A stretch of 64,000 nt of DNA from Takakia lepidozioides. Lineage: Eukaryota; Plantae; Bryophyta. The first letter of the stretch is position 1. Each line of letters opens with the position of its first letter. Position numbers and translations under genes: made by a program. The notes under the pieces are model-generated. The model was not told where the DNA came from, did not search any database, and saw nothing but the letters and a program-made list of their open reading frames with translations. The stretch is taken from positions 15,314,001 through 15,378,000 of the forward strand of contig CM060731.1 of NCBI GenBank assembly GCA_030704615.1. The letters are read 5' to 3'. Of the stretch, positions 48,001 through 61,270 are shown one piece after another.

Positions 48001-51000
48001 GTTTCCAATGGCCTCTAGAAATGGGGTCTCTTTTCCAGAATTTTCGAAGGCTCTACAAGCTCGAGAAAGGGGTCTTAGGGCAACCAGGCGTGCAAATAGG
48101 AGCTCCCACACACCACTGCCCTATGAAGAGGTCCTCAAATGAACTCCTTTCTTCTTTAAAGCCTCTTTGTTATGTGGGTTTGAGAACATTTCCACTCTCC
48201 TATAACCCAGCGCCCCTTTTCTTGTTCATCTGGAATTCTGCTGCTTTCTGGTTTAGATCTGCAAATATGGGGGTTTCATTGCCAGCATCATCTGTTTCTT
48301 AAATAGCAGGTACAGGGCTATGCAAGTTAGGATTATAGATATCATGCTGGATTTTACAGACAGGGTTTCTCTTGAGAATCCAGGTATTGTAAACATGCCT
48401 TTGCTGGCCTTAGCAGGAGCCCCCTTTAACTGTAGAAGCATTTGTGCAGCTACGGAGTGCATTTCGAACTGGGCCATCTGAAGACATGGATTTGAACCCT
48501 CAGAACGAGTTTGAAGGTTTTGGGACCCATGATGAATCTGATGGAGAGGGCATGGGAGGATTCAATGAAGATCATGGAGGAGCTGATGCTAATTTTGGGC
48601 AGGCTGATTATCTATCCGACACACTAGAGGTAGGAAGAAACAGAGTTTATCAGATTGTTCAATCAGCTTGTACAACCAGTTGTAAGTAATTGATCTTCAA
48701 ATGGTGTACAAGCTGATTGAACAAACCATCCAGTCATTTTGTGGTAAGAAACCAATGGAAAATTTGAGCAAATCGTGATTTTGTTATACAATTTTGACAA
48801 GATAGTCTAGACCACAGACAACAAATAGTGTTTGAAATTGTAACTTTTCTTCCAGTCAAACCTGTTTCGAATAATGTCCTGTGGGGAATGTAGTGGCTTC
48901 ATAGTTACTCCCACAGTTGCACTGTAAACTGCCATCTGTCGATTGGGTATGTCTGCACTCTAGCTTGTTCTCATTGCAGGAAAGGCCCCATTCAGAGAAA
49001 TTGAAGCTAAATCAGGGTAACATTAATGCAAAGCTGATGTATTTCCTGTCTTTACAGGGGAAGGCAGATGAGCGTTCTAATGACAATGCGCACCATGATG
49101 CCTTTGAATTTGAGCCCGGCATGCATGATGCCAAAAGCTTTGAAGAGCTCTGCCAGGCTCACATAGTAACTTTTTTGGCCTTCTCCTGCTAATTTTTTGA
49201 CAAGATATTTTTTGAGTTGAAGAATGATCTGCTATTTTGACTACCACCTAGGCCAACCATCTTGCTCACGCCAGTATTCATGTTTCGAGCTAAGTAGATC
49301 CACACTAATGATTGGTACAGGATGAAAGGTCAACTAGCACTTCGACCAAAGTCTGGTCCATGCTATATTGTGGATTTGGTCTTGGATTAGTCGCTTGTCC
49401 ATCACTGGGTATGTATCCAAGGGCTTCCTTTCCAGCACAGATGGCAATGGTAATCCATTGTTCAGGCCATAAGTCAGTCCCATCCACTCTAACAAGTCAA
49501 ATGTGATAATTATTATGCAGGATCAAATGTTGCAGAAGCTGGCTGAGTCAGAAGTGCGGACAGAGCTTTCCTCACGTGTTTCTAAGTGGGAACAAAGTAT
49601 TGGTGTTAATCTTCAAGCAGAGGTAGATTGGTGCCTCTACCATAATGTTGTAGTGGAATCTCATAATCTGTCTCGAAAGTGGAAAAGTTAGTTTTGCATT
49701 GTGATCTGCTATTGTCTTCCCTACTCCTATACTGCCTTTCCCAAGTTGTGTATGTGTCTGTGGCCTGTGCATTGATTGGTTTCTCTCGTTTTCCCTCTTC
49801 TCCCTTCCTTTTCCCTTTGTTTTCTCCAACAAGAGTTCTCTAGGGTCTCTTGATGGAAGGACAACATTTGTGTTGTGTACCTCCATGGGTTGCACATTGC
49901 ACGTTGACTAAGTAGTCACCTTTGTGTCATTGTCTGTCACTCGCTATCTAATGCTCACAAAATAATGTAGGTCTCACATGACTGATCTCCTTCTGTAAGT
50001 TCTGCTGAGACTTGGCCTTGACTCTGCCTTCTAAATACTGCACAGGATGCTCGCCCCCCATTCGACATTGACGTCTATGGTGGGCAACTCCTTCAAAATC
50101 TTTGCGCTTCATCTGGGAATGGAGAAGACTGCCAAGGGCAGAAGTCCTTTGCGACTTTGGTGCAGGGCCAGCAGAAGTCTGAGGTCTGCAGGTCGCTCTC
50201 TGCACTACTGCAGCTGGTACTACCCTGATCCCTTTACTTCTAAGATCCTTCCGACAAACTCCAAACATTCTCTTGACCGAAACTGGTTCATCCTACAGAT
50301 AACCCACATCGTGAGGGTATAGTGACCACTTTGTAAGTGGTCTGTCGATTCAAATTGTATAAGTGCATTCTGAACTTGTTAAAAACAAGACTCCCACACA
50401 ACTATCCAAATCGCACAATGATTTGCTTGTATTTCTTTTCTCAAGCACTTGAATGTATCATTAATTACAATTGATGTAATTCTTCCAGGTGAATGATGGG
50501 AATGTTACAATGGAGCGAGGTGACCAGCCCAATGCCTCCGAGTGCTTCACCAAAGAGAGAACCTTCTCTGTAAAACTTCTGAATGCCCGGAGACGACATG
50601 AGGATGTCATGAATTATGCGGCCCCGTCTCAAGCTGCCAATGCTACTGCTCAGCTAAAAAATCCACGGAGGGGCAAGAAGAATGTAGCTACTGAGCGGTT
50701 GGCAACACCGGATGTTGGATTATCTGATGCAGGTGAAGGCACTCCAGTGCCTGCGAGGGTAGGCATTTCATCAAATCTAAGAAACTCACAGTCCAAGTTG
50801 GGAACCTGCACACCCGTATGGACATCACCATCACCTGTGAAGAAAACGACCAGCAAGCGCCAACCCCCTGGGTTGTCAAGAGTAGGAACATTTGATTCAG
50901 AGAATAGAGGCCAGACTGGCACTGGAAAACTTAACCCATCCAAAGGTACACCGTCAAAAATTACTCCAGAAGGTAAGAAGCGGCGAAAGAGGCCACCTCT

Positions 51001-51034
51001 CCGATCTATCCAAGGTCAAATATCAGATCGATAA
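45023..51034 (+). CDS. CAPH2: Condensin II complex subunit H2 (kleisin beta)
   Basis: N-terminus [33 protein letters not shown]|[20 protein letters not shown]. Middle [16 protein letters not shown]-terminus [33 protein letters not shown]|VNDGNV. About 12 GT-AG exons. Confidence 0.93.
48655..48724. other. Intronic hairpin with a perfect 20-bp stem
   Basis: TTGTTCAATCAGCTTGTACA ... TGTACAAGCTGATTGAACAA, ~25 nt after a CAP-H2 splice donor. Confidence 0.7.
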
Positions 51035-51815
51035 CAAAATGGCCTCGTACATAGGTAGTTGTAACTTTGTAGTCAGCTCTTACAGATTTCAGCTCTACTG
51101 TTTCATATTTGTCCTTGTATATTATGCTCACTTGGCCTTGCTGTTGGAACACTCACACTTAACCAGTTAATGCTTCACCCTTGTATGAGCTGACCAAACT
51201 CTGCAAAATGTCTTGCTCAAATTGGCCACAGGCTCTCTGTCTGTGTTGCTTACTAGATTGGAACAAGACTTGATTCATCTGCCGAGTATAAGTCACCCAT
51301 GTAAACGTCCTTCCGCTTTTTATTGCTCATCCTGGACCTAGCCTCATTACTTTTCCTTTTCCATTGAGCTATCAAATTGCTAGTTCATTAGAATCCATGA
51401 TTCTGCTGCTGAAACATGAAGAAGATTTTGTGAGTTTTCTCCTCCATGAAATCATGAAGTCCCCTACTGTCAAGCTCTTGTTTTGCTTGAACCCCCTCGT
51501 CTCTGATCACTTGTCCTGGAGATGAAGTAACTAGGAAGAGAAAGAAGATAATGTAATACTCGGGAAGCAGGATTTGAACCCAGATCCCCCGGGTGGCACT
51601 CAGTGCACTATCCAACTGGTGGTCGGAGTAACGAATTGTCGTCGTTTGACCTTTCATCGTCCTGCAACACGAGTGCTGTAGTGTATATACATTCATCCGT
51701 CCACAGTAGAACGGCCTGGTGCGTTCCCAACGTGTTCGAAAAGAGGAGCGGGGACCCGGGATCGGGAGGAGGCCCTAAACAGCCCCGCCCATCTTGTTGG
51801 AGGCAGAGGAGGGCT

Positions 51816-54800
51816 ATGGATGCCGGTGCGCAGCACAATCCCGCAATGCAGCGGGGCGTCATGGAGCAGCAGCCGGGCAATTCCTGGTATGGAGGACAGC
51901 AGCAGTACGCGGCTCCGCCGTTGCAGTGGCAGCAGGGACCTGAGATGCATTACACGCAGCAGGATCAAGCTTCTTACCCGCAGCCCCCGCAGCAGCCCGC
52001 ATACCATTTGCAGGGCGAGTATTATGCACAGCATTCCTATTATGGTCCCCCTCAACAAACAGTCCCGCCCCCGCCCCCCCCCCTTCCCCAGCAACCACAA
52101 CAGCATGCCCTAATGTATGGGCAGCAAGATCAGGTGTGTGGCTTGATCAACTTTGCTGGCCAGAACGTCATTGGTTTGCATTAGAAGGACGGATGTTGTG
52201 AGCGGGAAGCAGACTATGGTAGTATCTTGTTTGATGCGTGGTAGTATTAATTCAGGAAGTAACGGTGTACACTATGTTATCGAGCAACATGTGTTGCGTT
52301 CAAAGATTTTCTGGTGTTTGTAAGTATGTCAAGAAGGGGAAGAAATGAAATGGTAATTTGTCCAGGGTTTGGATTATTTTTCACAGCGAAGTTTTGATTT
52401 TGTTTTCTTCGTAGTTTCTGAACTAGTGGTATTGGATTTTGGTTGGGGAAAGGCATATTCAACCAAAGGAATAACATACTGATGTTTGTGTTTTCAAAAG
52501 TGACCAATTATATGGATCGCAACTCTTTTTGCCCTTAGGCAGGTGGTAATCCAAAGGTCATCTTCTGGTGTAGGGCGGGAAACAAATTATTTAAAAATTG
52601 GGCAGTCTGTGTAGAGACATACTACATACTTCTTTCTTTTTGCAGTAGTAAATGTAGCAGAGAACCACTTAAAAGTACGTTAATGTCACATATGACAACA
52701 CTGAACGCATCCCATGTGGCTTTGGCCAAATGTGAACAGAAACGCAGGACTCACTACTGGTTTACTGTGTGTCATAACTCATTTAGGTCGAGCAGACAGT
52801 GATATATATATGTGTTGCAATTACTTGAGTTTTGGCCAAATCCTGTGTACAGTCGGTTGCAGATTGAAACACCAAAAGTTTTTTGTGGGTGGTAGATTCG
52901 ATTGCTAGAGTCCTGACCGAATCAAGCAAAGAGTTGGTTGAAGGTGGAAATAGCAGAAGCTCTTTGTGGTCAGTCGATGTGACATCATGGTTGAATAGCT
53001 CAACACTGACTTTACCCAAGAGTACTAGGCTCAACCTATTAATAAGCAGGGTGGCTTGCGGCAATTTATCCGCAGTTTGGAGGGCTGACATAGCTCAGAG
53101 TTCATCTTTGGTCTGAAAATATTTTGGGCAGTAGCAAGCTTAAGAGGCCATAGCCCTCTCCAATACCATAACTTGCTGCTTGAGTTTGGTTCATTAGAGA
53201 CCTGGGATTTGATTGAGAGAAGCTAATCTTGTGTATCATATGCTGCACTGTTGGCTTACAGGTTTGGCCAGCAAGCAATGGATGGAGTCATCAGCAATGG
53301 CCGTATCCAGGTAGAATCTGCCACTCTCTAGACCATGTTACGCTGTAAACATCATGATTTATTTTTATAATGTCATTGTGGTTAGAGTTCTTAGTCTTTC
53401 GTGGATGCCCAGACCATGTGTACTCTGGACTGGTGGTAGCAAGGGGATAGATGTACCATCTGGGGTTGAGACAGACAGTGATACACCTATGTTAAAACTC
53501 CGTCAGGTTTTTGGAAATGTGTTCCACCAAAAGCCTGGGTGAACTTTGGTAGGGTATTTTAACACGCTAGTTTATGTTTATGAAAGGGTGTGAAGCAGCC
53601 GAGTCTACAGTTTAGGGACTTAAAACTTGTGTGCACAGTTGGAGTAACATTTCCTCCACACCCTTCGTCTGTGATGGCAATCTTTTCCCCTGTGATGGGA
53701 ATGATTTTATGATTTTGCTAATATGTCTGGTCGGTGGCTGGCAGAGGCTCTTTGCCAAAGTCCTTGCATTGAGTTTCAAGTTTGTTTCTCATACCTTGTT
53801 AGTGATTGTCAGCAGTTTTGTAGGCTTGCGTATATTGTCACATTTTTAATTTGTTTCATTTCTCATTCTAATGGTCTCATTGAGATTGACAGGTAACCAT
53901 AGCGCGGAGCCTGCTCGAGAGGAAGATTGGGCAGCTAAGGCAAGAGCTTGGAGAGAAGCTCAAGAAGCTCAGCAACAAGCTCAATTACAAGTGCAGTTGC
54001 AAGCACAGAACTCCATAGCCGCGGAACAAACTTATTCAGACTATTCACAGCAGCCACTGCCCCCGCCTCGACCACCAGAACTTCCTCAGCAACTTTCTTA
54101 CCTACCGCCTAGCCAGGAAGCTGGTCCCCCAGCCTATGGACATGATGCGCCTTCTGTCTATGTCCATGATGGGCCATCCAGCTTCGGTCAACCTGCTCCA
54201 CCCCAGTTCTCACAAGAGACTCCGTCAGTCTTCCGGGAGGAAGAAGCAGGATCCTCGGCTCAAGATGGGTCAACCTCAAGCTTTGGCCTGACAGCTGCCC
54301 CTGCCCCGCCTCTGCCCCCACCCCCACCCCCGCCGAGTCTTGCACAGGTTGTTCCTAGCAGCTATTCACAAGATATGTCGTCAAGTTATGGTCAGGATGC
54401 TTCCTCAACAGGTAGGCTGAGTGTTTTTCTGCCCCTCCTCTGTCCATCCTGCTTGGTAGCTTCATGAGATAATCAATCGACTAGTAGTAAATGGCATCCT
54501 AACAATTTTGGGGTGCGGCTGCTGGTGTTCAACTTCGCCGGTTTTTGTTCAAGGTCCTGCTCTGGTATTGGCTACCTGCGCTGGTGCTTATGACTTTCAG
54601 TCAAGTGGTTCCTGCTTTATATCTTGGTATACTGTTGAGTATAGTGGAGTATTCAGTTTGACGTCAGCAGGGAATGTGATTTCTTATAAGAAATAGTCTT
54701 CCTACAATCTAGAATCTGTGGACAATAATGTTAGCTATTAAATTCTAGTGGGAAAGGCTTAGACTCAGGTTGTCACATCAGCATTCATTTTCCAGAATCA

Positions 54801-57800
54801 TCTTCCTGGGTGTGTACATTATTGTAGTCTTGTAGCCAGTAGGCTGATGATGTATCCATGGAAAGCTCCAGGCATTGCTGCAGAGAACTTGTCAATGGGT
54901 AGATCTGGGAGTGGGGTAGAAATATCTAACTTCTCACTTTGAAGTCAAATTGAGAGTGGCAAGGTCTGAGCCTTGCTCCTTAACTGTGTAAATTTGAGTC
55001 TTTGACTTCAGGGTTGTTTACTTTATCAATTAAAAAATTGCAGCCCCACCAGGTATGGAGCAGCAGGAGCAGCCCCAACCCCAGCCCCCACCTCCTCCTC
55101 CCCTTGCCCACCTGCCCCATCCGCAGCAGCAGCCACCACAACATTCGCCACATCAACCACAAGCCCAGTCGCAAGCACACATACCACCCCAACAGTTTTC
55201 ATTCGGAGATCCAGTTGTTCCTCCTTCGTATGACTTCCACCAGAATTCACAGTTCGATTACCAGCAGCCTCCCTCTCAAGACTACCAACAGCAACCGCCA
55301 TCTCAGTTTATGCCACCCATGGGTATGGAGGGGCCTGATATGGGTGGGTATGGTGGGCCCCCACCTTCACAAGGTTGGCCTCCTGTTGGACCTGGTATGC
55401 CTTTTCCTCCTGCTACCATGGGGCCAGGAATGGGCGGTCCTGGGCCAGGCCCTCAGGTACATTACCACTTTTACTTGTCTCATTTTGATCGAATATAGGA
55501 TAATTAATTTCCGAGCAGGCTTGTACTCAAGCATTTGAGTTTGAGAGATGTCTTTTGCAATGCAAATGAGGTTGGCTGAGCTGGTTGCCAGTTTGCAAGC
55601 ATATTACATAATAGCTGTGAATGTTTCATTGCAGCTGATAACTTTTGAAAGAAGGGATTTTTTCGAAATGTAAATGGGCTGCATAGATCATGTATCAGCT
55701 CTATTATAACTGGGGATTGATTCGTTGTCTCTGTTTTTGTGGGTGGATTGACAGTTTGATTTTGACAACATTCACCATGGTCACCATCCCCATGCCCAGC
55801 AAATGCAAGGACTTAACATGTTTGGTCGCCCTCTGCATGGGCCAGGCTTTCGGCCAGGTGGCCCTCCTCTTGGTGGGCTTTTTGGGTTCAGTGGAAACCC
55901 CAATTTGGGACCAGGTCCTGGTGCAGGGATGGATTTTCCTATGTTCATGGATAATGGCAATGGGCATATGGGTGGGCCAGAGCGCCCCAAGAAGGTAGTT
56001 GATTTCTTTTTCTTTATGCTTTGGACTCGTGCACAGTGGGGCTTACGTGGTTTTCAGCTGGCAATGACTTTGAGAGGTAGGCGTTGCCATCTGGGTTACT
56101 AAAGGTGGTCTTGTTGACAGCTCATGGGGAGACTTCTGACAAGACTCTTTGTTGTTTGCAGGCATCAGTGCCTTCATGGCTGAAGGAGGAACTGTTGAAA
56201 AAGAAGTCAGCTGCTGCAACAGGTGGCTCGACTATGTCAGAAGACGCTGTGCGTGCCAATGGAGGTGACTCTGGAGCCTCTACCCGCGATAAGCTTGGAT
56301 TTTCGGATAGAACAAGAAGTGATGTATCCAGAATGAGCGATACAGAGGACGATGATGACGAGGTCAGTACCTTCAGTTTTGGAAGCCAGTGGTAGCTAAC
56401 CACACGTGAAACGAGAGACATCCTTCTACAGGTCTCAGAGCCCAAGCCCGGGTCATTCAGAGTACTGGATCGTAGAACCAAATATCGTCAGCTGTTTTTA
56501 TGTTCCCCTCTTCTGAAACTGTATTCCTTACTCCCTGCCGCACTCACTCTTTCTGTCAGAGGTTGTGGCTGATGGGATGGTGTTGGGGTTGCTTATGCAG
56601 GATGATGTGGAGGCAGCCAAGACAGCAGCAATGAATCAAGAGATAAAGCGTGTCCTCACTGAAGTACTATTGAAGGTAGAGTGTCCCAGCTAACCTTGTT
56701 TTTAATGGGCAGAAACTAACTGTGGCCATTCTTCTCTTGCTGTTGTTTGGTTGCGTTAATCCACTAGGCCCCCATGGCTGCATGCTTAGAGAACACATAC
56801 AAAGGTGCTGCTGTTTGTTCCTTTGCATTCCTTCGCATAGTTTCAGGACCACCCTACAACAACCATGCGGTGCACATCCTGGATCTTGCACTCATGTCAC
56901 CCCACCTCGAGTGGCCATATCTTCTAATTGATTGGTTGCTAAGCATGTCAGGCTACTAATATGCCTCCTGTTGTGTGGACCATCCATGATACAGGTGACA
57001 GATGACCTATTTGACGAGATCGCACAAGAAGTCATGGATGAGGATGAGCAACATCTGCTGGAGGGTGTGGCTCCCTAGTTATCTTAAAATGAAGCTTGAG
57101 TCATGAATCTAGCTAGGAAAGAGAAATCATCAAAGAGACAAGAGAAAGTGGATTTGCTTTTATGTGTGCTTGAAATGTCCCTCCTACCTATTAGGACATG
57201 GAGTAATTTTAATTTGACAGTACCTCCTGTGTGAACTTTAGAGACTAAAACATTAAAGACCAACCTGTGAGTGACGTTAGTGTCTTTGTGTCTGTTTCCT
57301 GCTTGTTTTTTCATGTACATTTGGGCAAGTCTCACATGAGGTTTTGGTTAACTGTGATAGAGCCAGGAAGCAAATCGGCAGTGGCAGATGCAACAGACGT
57401 TGGTGCAGCACGGCACAAGCTATCTTCTCCATCTTCTCCTGCAGCTGCACCTGCCAGAGTGCTGGTGGCCCCTGCCGTCAAGCAAAGCGAGCCCAGCAGT
57501 GATGATGATAGTGAGAGCTTGAGCTCCGGCCCTCCAGCTGGTAACTTACTAGGTCTTGCAAATTATGCCTCAGATGATGAGGATGGGGGCCGGAGCAGCA
57601 GGCAAACAAAAGAGAATGAACAAATCGAGGAGGATGGTGACAAAGAAATAGGTGGGAGGAATGCTGGGGTGGAGAGGGCCAAGGAGGGGATGAAGGTCAG
57701 GGAAAAGGAGAGAGAGAGGAATGAGGCACATAAGATTGAAGTGGATAAAGTTACAGACGTAGAGAAAGAAGTAGAACCCCGAAAAGAGGCAAAAGGGAGG

Positions 57801-60800
57801 AAGCGATTGAATGAAGAAAGCAGCACTGATCATGAGGCAAGAAGCCCGAGGCGGGCCCGGCACCTTGAGCAGGTACATATTGAACCTGGTCAAGGTGGTG
57901 GTGCAGATATGTCAGAGGGGACTGACAGACAAACCAGAATTGGGGTTACATCTGCCAGCAGCAGGGAGGCAAGAGGAGAGAATCACAATCATGTGGGTGG
58001 AAAGTCTTCAGACGCAGGCACATTAGAGGTACCAATTGTGGTTGAAGCTGCTGAAGGCGACAAGGTCAGTCATAGCATTGCCTCCAATGATGTGGGGACC
58101 AAAGAGCAGAGGAAAGTGGGATCTAAGAATGAGAATGAGCGGGGAAACAGAGACAGCAAAGGAAAAGTTAATGAGGCCGGCACAAAGAAAGGGTGGGTAG
58201 AAAGCGGGGATACCAATGCTAATAAGAAGAAAGATGAAGGCAAGGGGGAGGGAGAGAGTGGGCATAGGGGTCATCACGAGTCACATGGGAGGCGGGGAGG
58301 CAAGGAGCCTGAAACTGATCGTGATGACAAGAACAGCAAGAAGCGAGAGAAAGAAAAAGGTCGGGATAAGGAACATGAAAGAGAGCTGAACAAGGAAAAA
58401 TCAAGAGACGTTGAGCGGAGATCAGATCGATTGAAAGAGAAAGGGAGCAAAGGGAGGGGACGAGGTGTGGAAAGAGATAGGCGAAAATTGGATACAGACA
58501 AACAGGAACGGAAAAGCAAGGAGAAGCACAAGGAGGGGAGAGAATCTAAGAGGAGTCAAAAGAAGCGCTCATCGTCATCCAGTAGTCGAGGACGCAGCCA
58601 CAGCCGAAGTGTCTCATATGGCAGCCGTAGCAGTAGTCCCAGTCCTGTGAAGAGTGGGAGTCCAAGACGAAGGTAAACTGTGACTTTCCTTTCTATACAC
58701 TGTTGGGCCTTTTTCATGTGTGTCTGTTGAAGTTTGAATGATATGACCAACCCACAAAGTGTTTTTCTTATTCACAATGGTTGGTACAGAAAGCAGCAGT
58801 CAGGAAGATCAACCAAGCACTCTAGTGTACCTTCACCCCCGGTGAGATCCAGAAGAAGGTGTGTTCCAAATACCCTGGCCCTCCTTGGACTATGGAAGAA
58901 GCACTTGAACGGTTTCTGGTATTTGACTTAACAATTTGGGTGCACAGTTGTACCCTCTGCTTGAACTGCTGCTCTCTAATTTGTGGTGTACAAACAAATT
59001 TACAGCTTGAGATACAAGAATCAAATTATCCGTGTAAGTAAAGACTCTGCAAATGTCGGGGGGTTTCTTGCAAACTGTTTGGAACAGGCAGTGAAGAAAG
59101 AAACACATAGGGTGGTAACGAGTGTTGGGAGGATACCCTTTTTCTGCCATTATACCCTGAGGGTAAAACCCAATAAGGGTATATGGATATACCCTACCCT
59201 GGAAATTCCAAAATACCCTTACCCTACCCTTGTCAGGGGTAATTATTTTTGTTATACCCTTAATGGATTATACCCTTGGGTTTTGAAATTTCGAAGGATA
59301 CCCTTACCCTGAGGGAAATCTGTTCAATGGCCGGGTAATAGGGAAGGGTGTAATAATTTGATTACTAGGGGTTTAGGTTTAGGTGTGGTATTTGCTAGTA
59401 GAGAGGCCGAACACTAGCATGTTTTTTTTTTTTCCCCCCACCCCCCCCCCCCCTTCGTTGGTCTTCTTCTTCGCAGCCTGTGCTCCAAGACCGGTCCATG
59501 CCACTCTCTCCTTGGAAAAAGCGCGTGTGCTAGTGGCGGTCCCTGCCACTCTCTCCTCGGAAAAAGCGTGTGCTAGGGGCGGTCCCCGCCATTGCCGCAA
59601 TCTCTTTCCTGGCACCCGCCATTCTCTTATGTATCGTGCAAAGCCACCTCATTATGATCAAATGTGTTGTTTTGTTATTATATTTTAGGGCCATTAGAGG
59701 AGCATAATCAGAGGAGCATAATTGAGGGCTAAAATTTTGCTATTCATAAGGCACATAAAAAACAAACAAAAATATTTTATTTTTTCAAAATAAAAGACAT
59801 ATCCCGTTAAATTCTATATAACGGGGATGTTGTACAGTTGAAATGCTTCGTCTTGGTTAGGCCCTCTGGCAATCCTCCCTCCCCCTACTGAGGTTGTGGT
59901 TCTTAGTTAACTCCTGCTTTCCCTCAACTCCCTACCAGTGCTGGGTGTTCCCCATGTGGTACGCCTTCGCCGTTCCTTAGGAGTTTATTTTTTCCTCCTC
60001 ATTTTACCGCACCAAAAAGGTTTTGCAGGGCCTCTGTCCCTTTTATTAAAAAATATATATTTATTCTTAGTATTTAATAAAATTCACAAATTAAATTTAA
60101 ATAATAATAATTTACCCTTTATAATTACCCTGGGATATCCTGAGGATATAAAATGGTACCATTATCCTGCAATTACCCTTACCCTCATGGTGTATGTGGC
60201 ACCCAATACCCTTACCCTGAGGGTAAATGTTTATTAAAACTTTATATATACCCTTACCCGGAGGGTAAATGTTTTCAAAAAATAGATTATACCCTTACCC
60301 GGAGGATAAGTTTGACCCCCAAAATCATGTATACCCTTACCCTGAGGGTAGAAAAAATCAAATATACCCTCTCATCACTGGTGGTAACCTTAGGAAGGAT
60401 TATCTCCCAATTCCCTATGCACTCCTTGGTTGCTGACATTTTGTCATCTTTACATTTGTTAGCACATGGCCTGGATGCTTTAGTGTAACAATGAGGCGAA
60501 TAACAACAGCCAAATAGTGACAGGGAATGTGCCCGGGATACCATGTGATGGGTTACGGTGACAGACCCAGTAGAAGTGCAAAGTGTTAAGGGTTGTGGGA
60601 AGTCTGTAGTTGGTATGTGGATTCAGTCCTGGGGGATATCAGCTGAAGCTAGCTGTCTCCAGTTATTTCTCTCAGCATTCTTGACTGGCTGCCTGGCCAA
60701 TCTGAGTTAAGATTCTGAATCTATTTAGCAGATCTTAACAGGTTGGGCATAGGCTGAACTGGTTTACCCCAGATAGCAGTGCAAAGGTCACAATTGCAGG

Positions 60801-61270
60801 CTTAAACTTTCCTTACTGTGGCTATATACTGGATCGTGGGAAGGGAGCCTTAGTCGTTCTATGGAGATACTAAGGTGGTGGCCCATGGATGCTTAGACTC
60901 GGCAATACAAGTACCTCATTGGCTACTGTTGTGTCAAATCAAGAATCTATGTCCAATCAGCCTGCCAAGGGTCTAATACCTTCTGGGTCATGAGGGTTTA
61001 TTAAAAAGTATAACTGCAGAATTTCGTGGTCCCAAGTTTTTGTTGTGCAGGTGCCCTGGCTAGGGCAGGAAAGAAGAATACACTCTGAGAGGGTCAGCTG
61101 AGAGAGGGGGAGGGGAGAGATAAAATGGTTTTGGTGTGACTTACATGGCAAGTTATGATGATGATGTGTTTATCTCTAGACGAACCTCGCGCTCTCGTTC
61201 ACGCTCAGTGCCACATAGCAAGCATTCTCATCGCAGGCATTCCCCTTCTCCTTCCCGTGAGAAGGATAGG
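51816..61270 (+). CDS. PNISR: PNISR/SFRS18-like arginine/serine-rich splicing protein (3' end may extend further)
   Basis: Exon motifs EEDWAAKARAW, ASVPSWLKEELLKKK, NQEIKRVLTEVLLK|VTDDLFDEIA and LLGLANYASDDED, followed by a K/E/R-rich and RS-rich C-terminus (58400-58672, 61180-61268); Q/P-rich N-terminus. Confidence 0.8.
59120..60380. mobile_element. Non-autonomous hAT element in a PNISR intron
   Basis: Perfect 8-bp TSD GTGGTAAC (59112-59119 / 60381-60388). TIR GAGTGTTGGGAGGATA / TACCCTCTCATCACTG. Subterminal TACCCTTACCC repeats at both ends. Confidence 0.85.
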
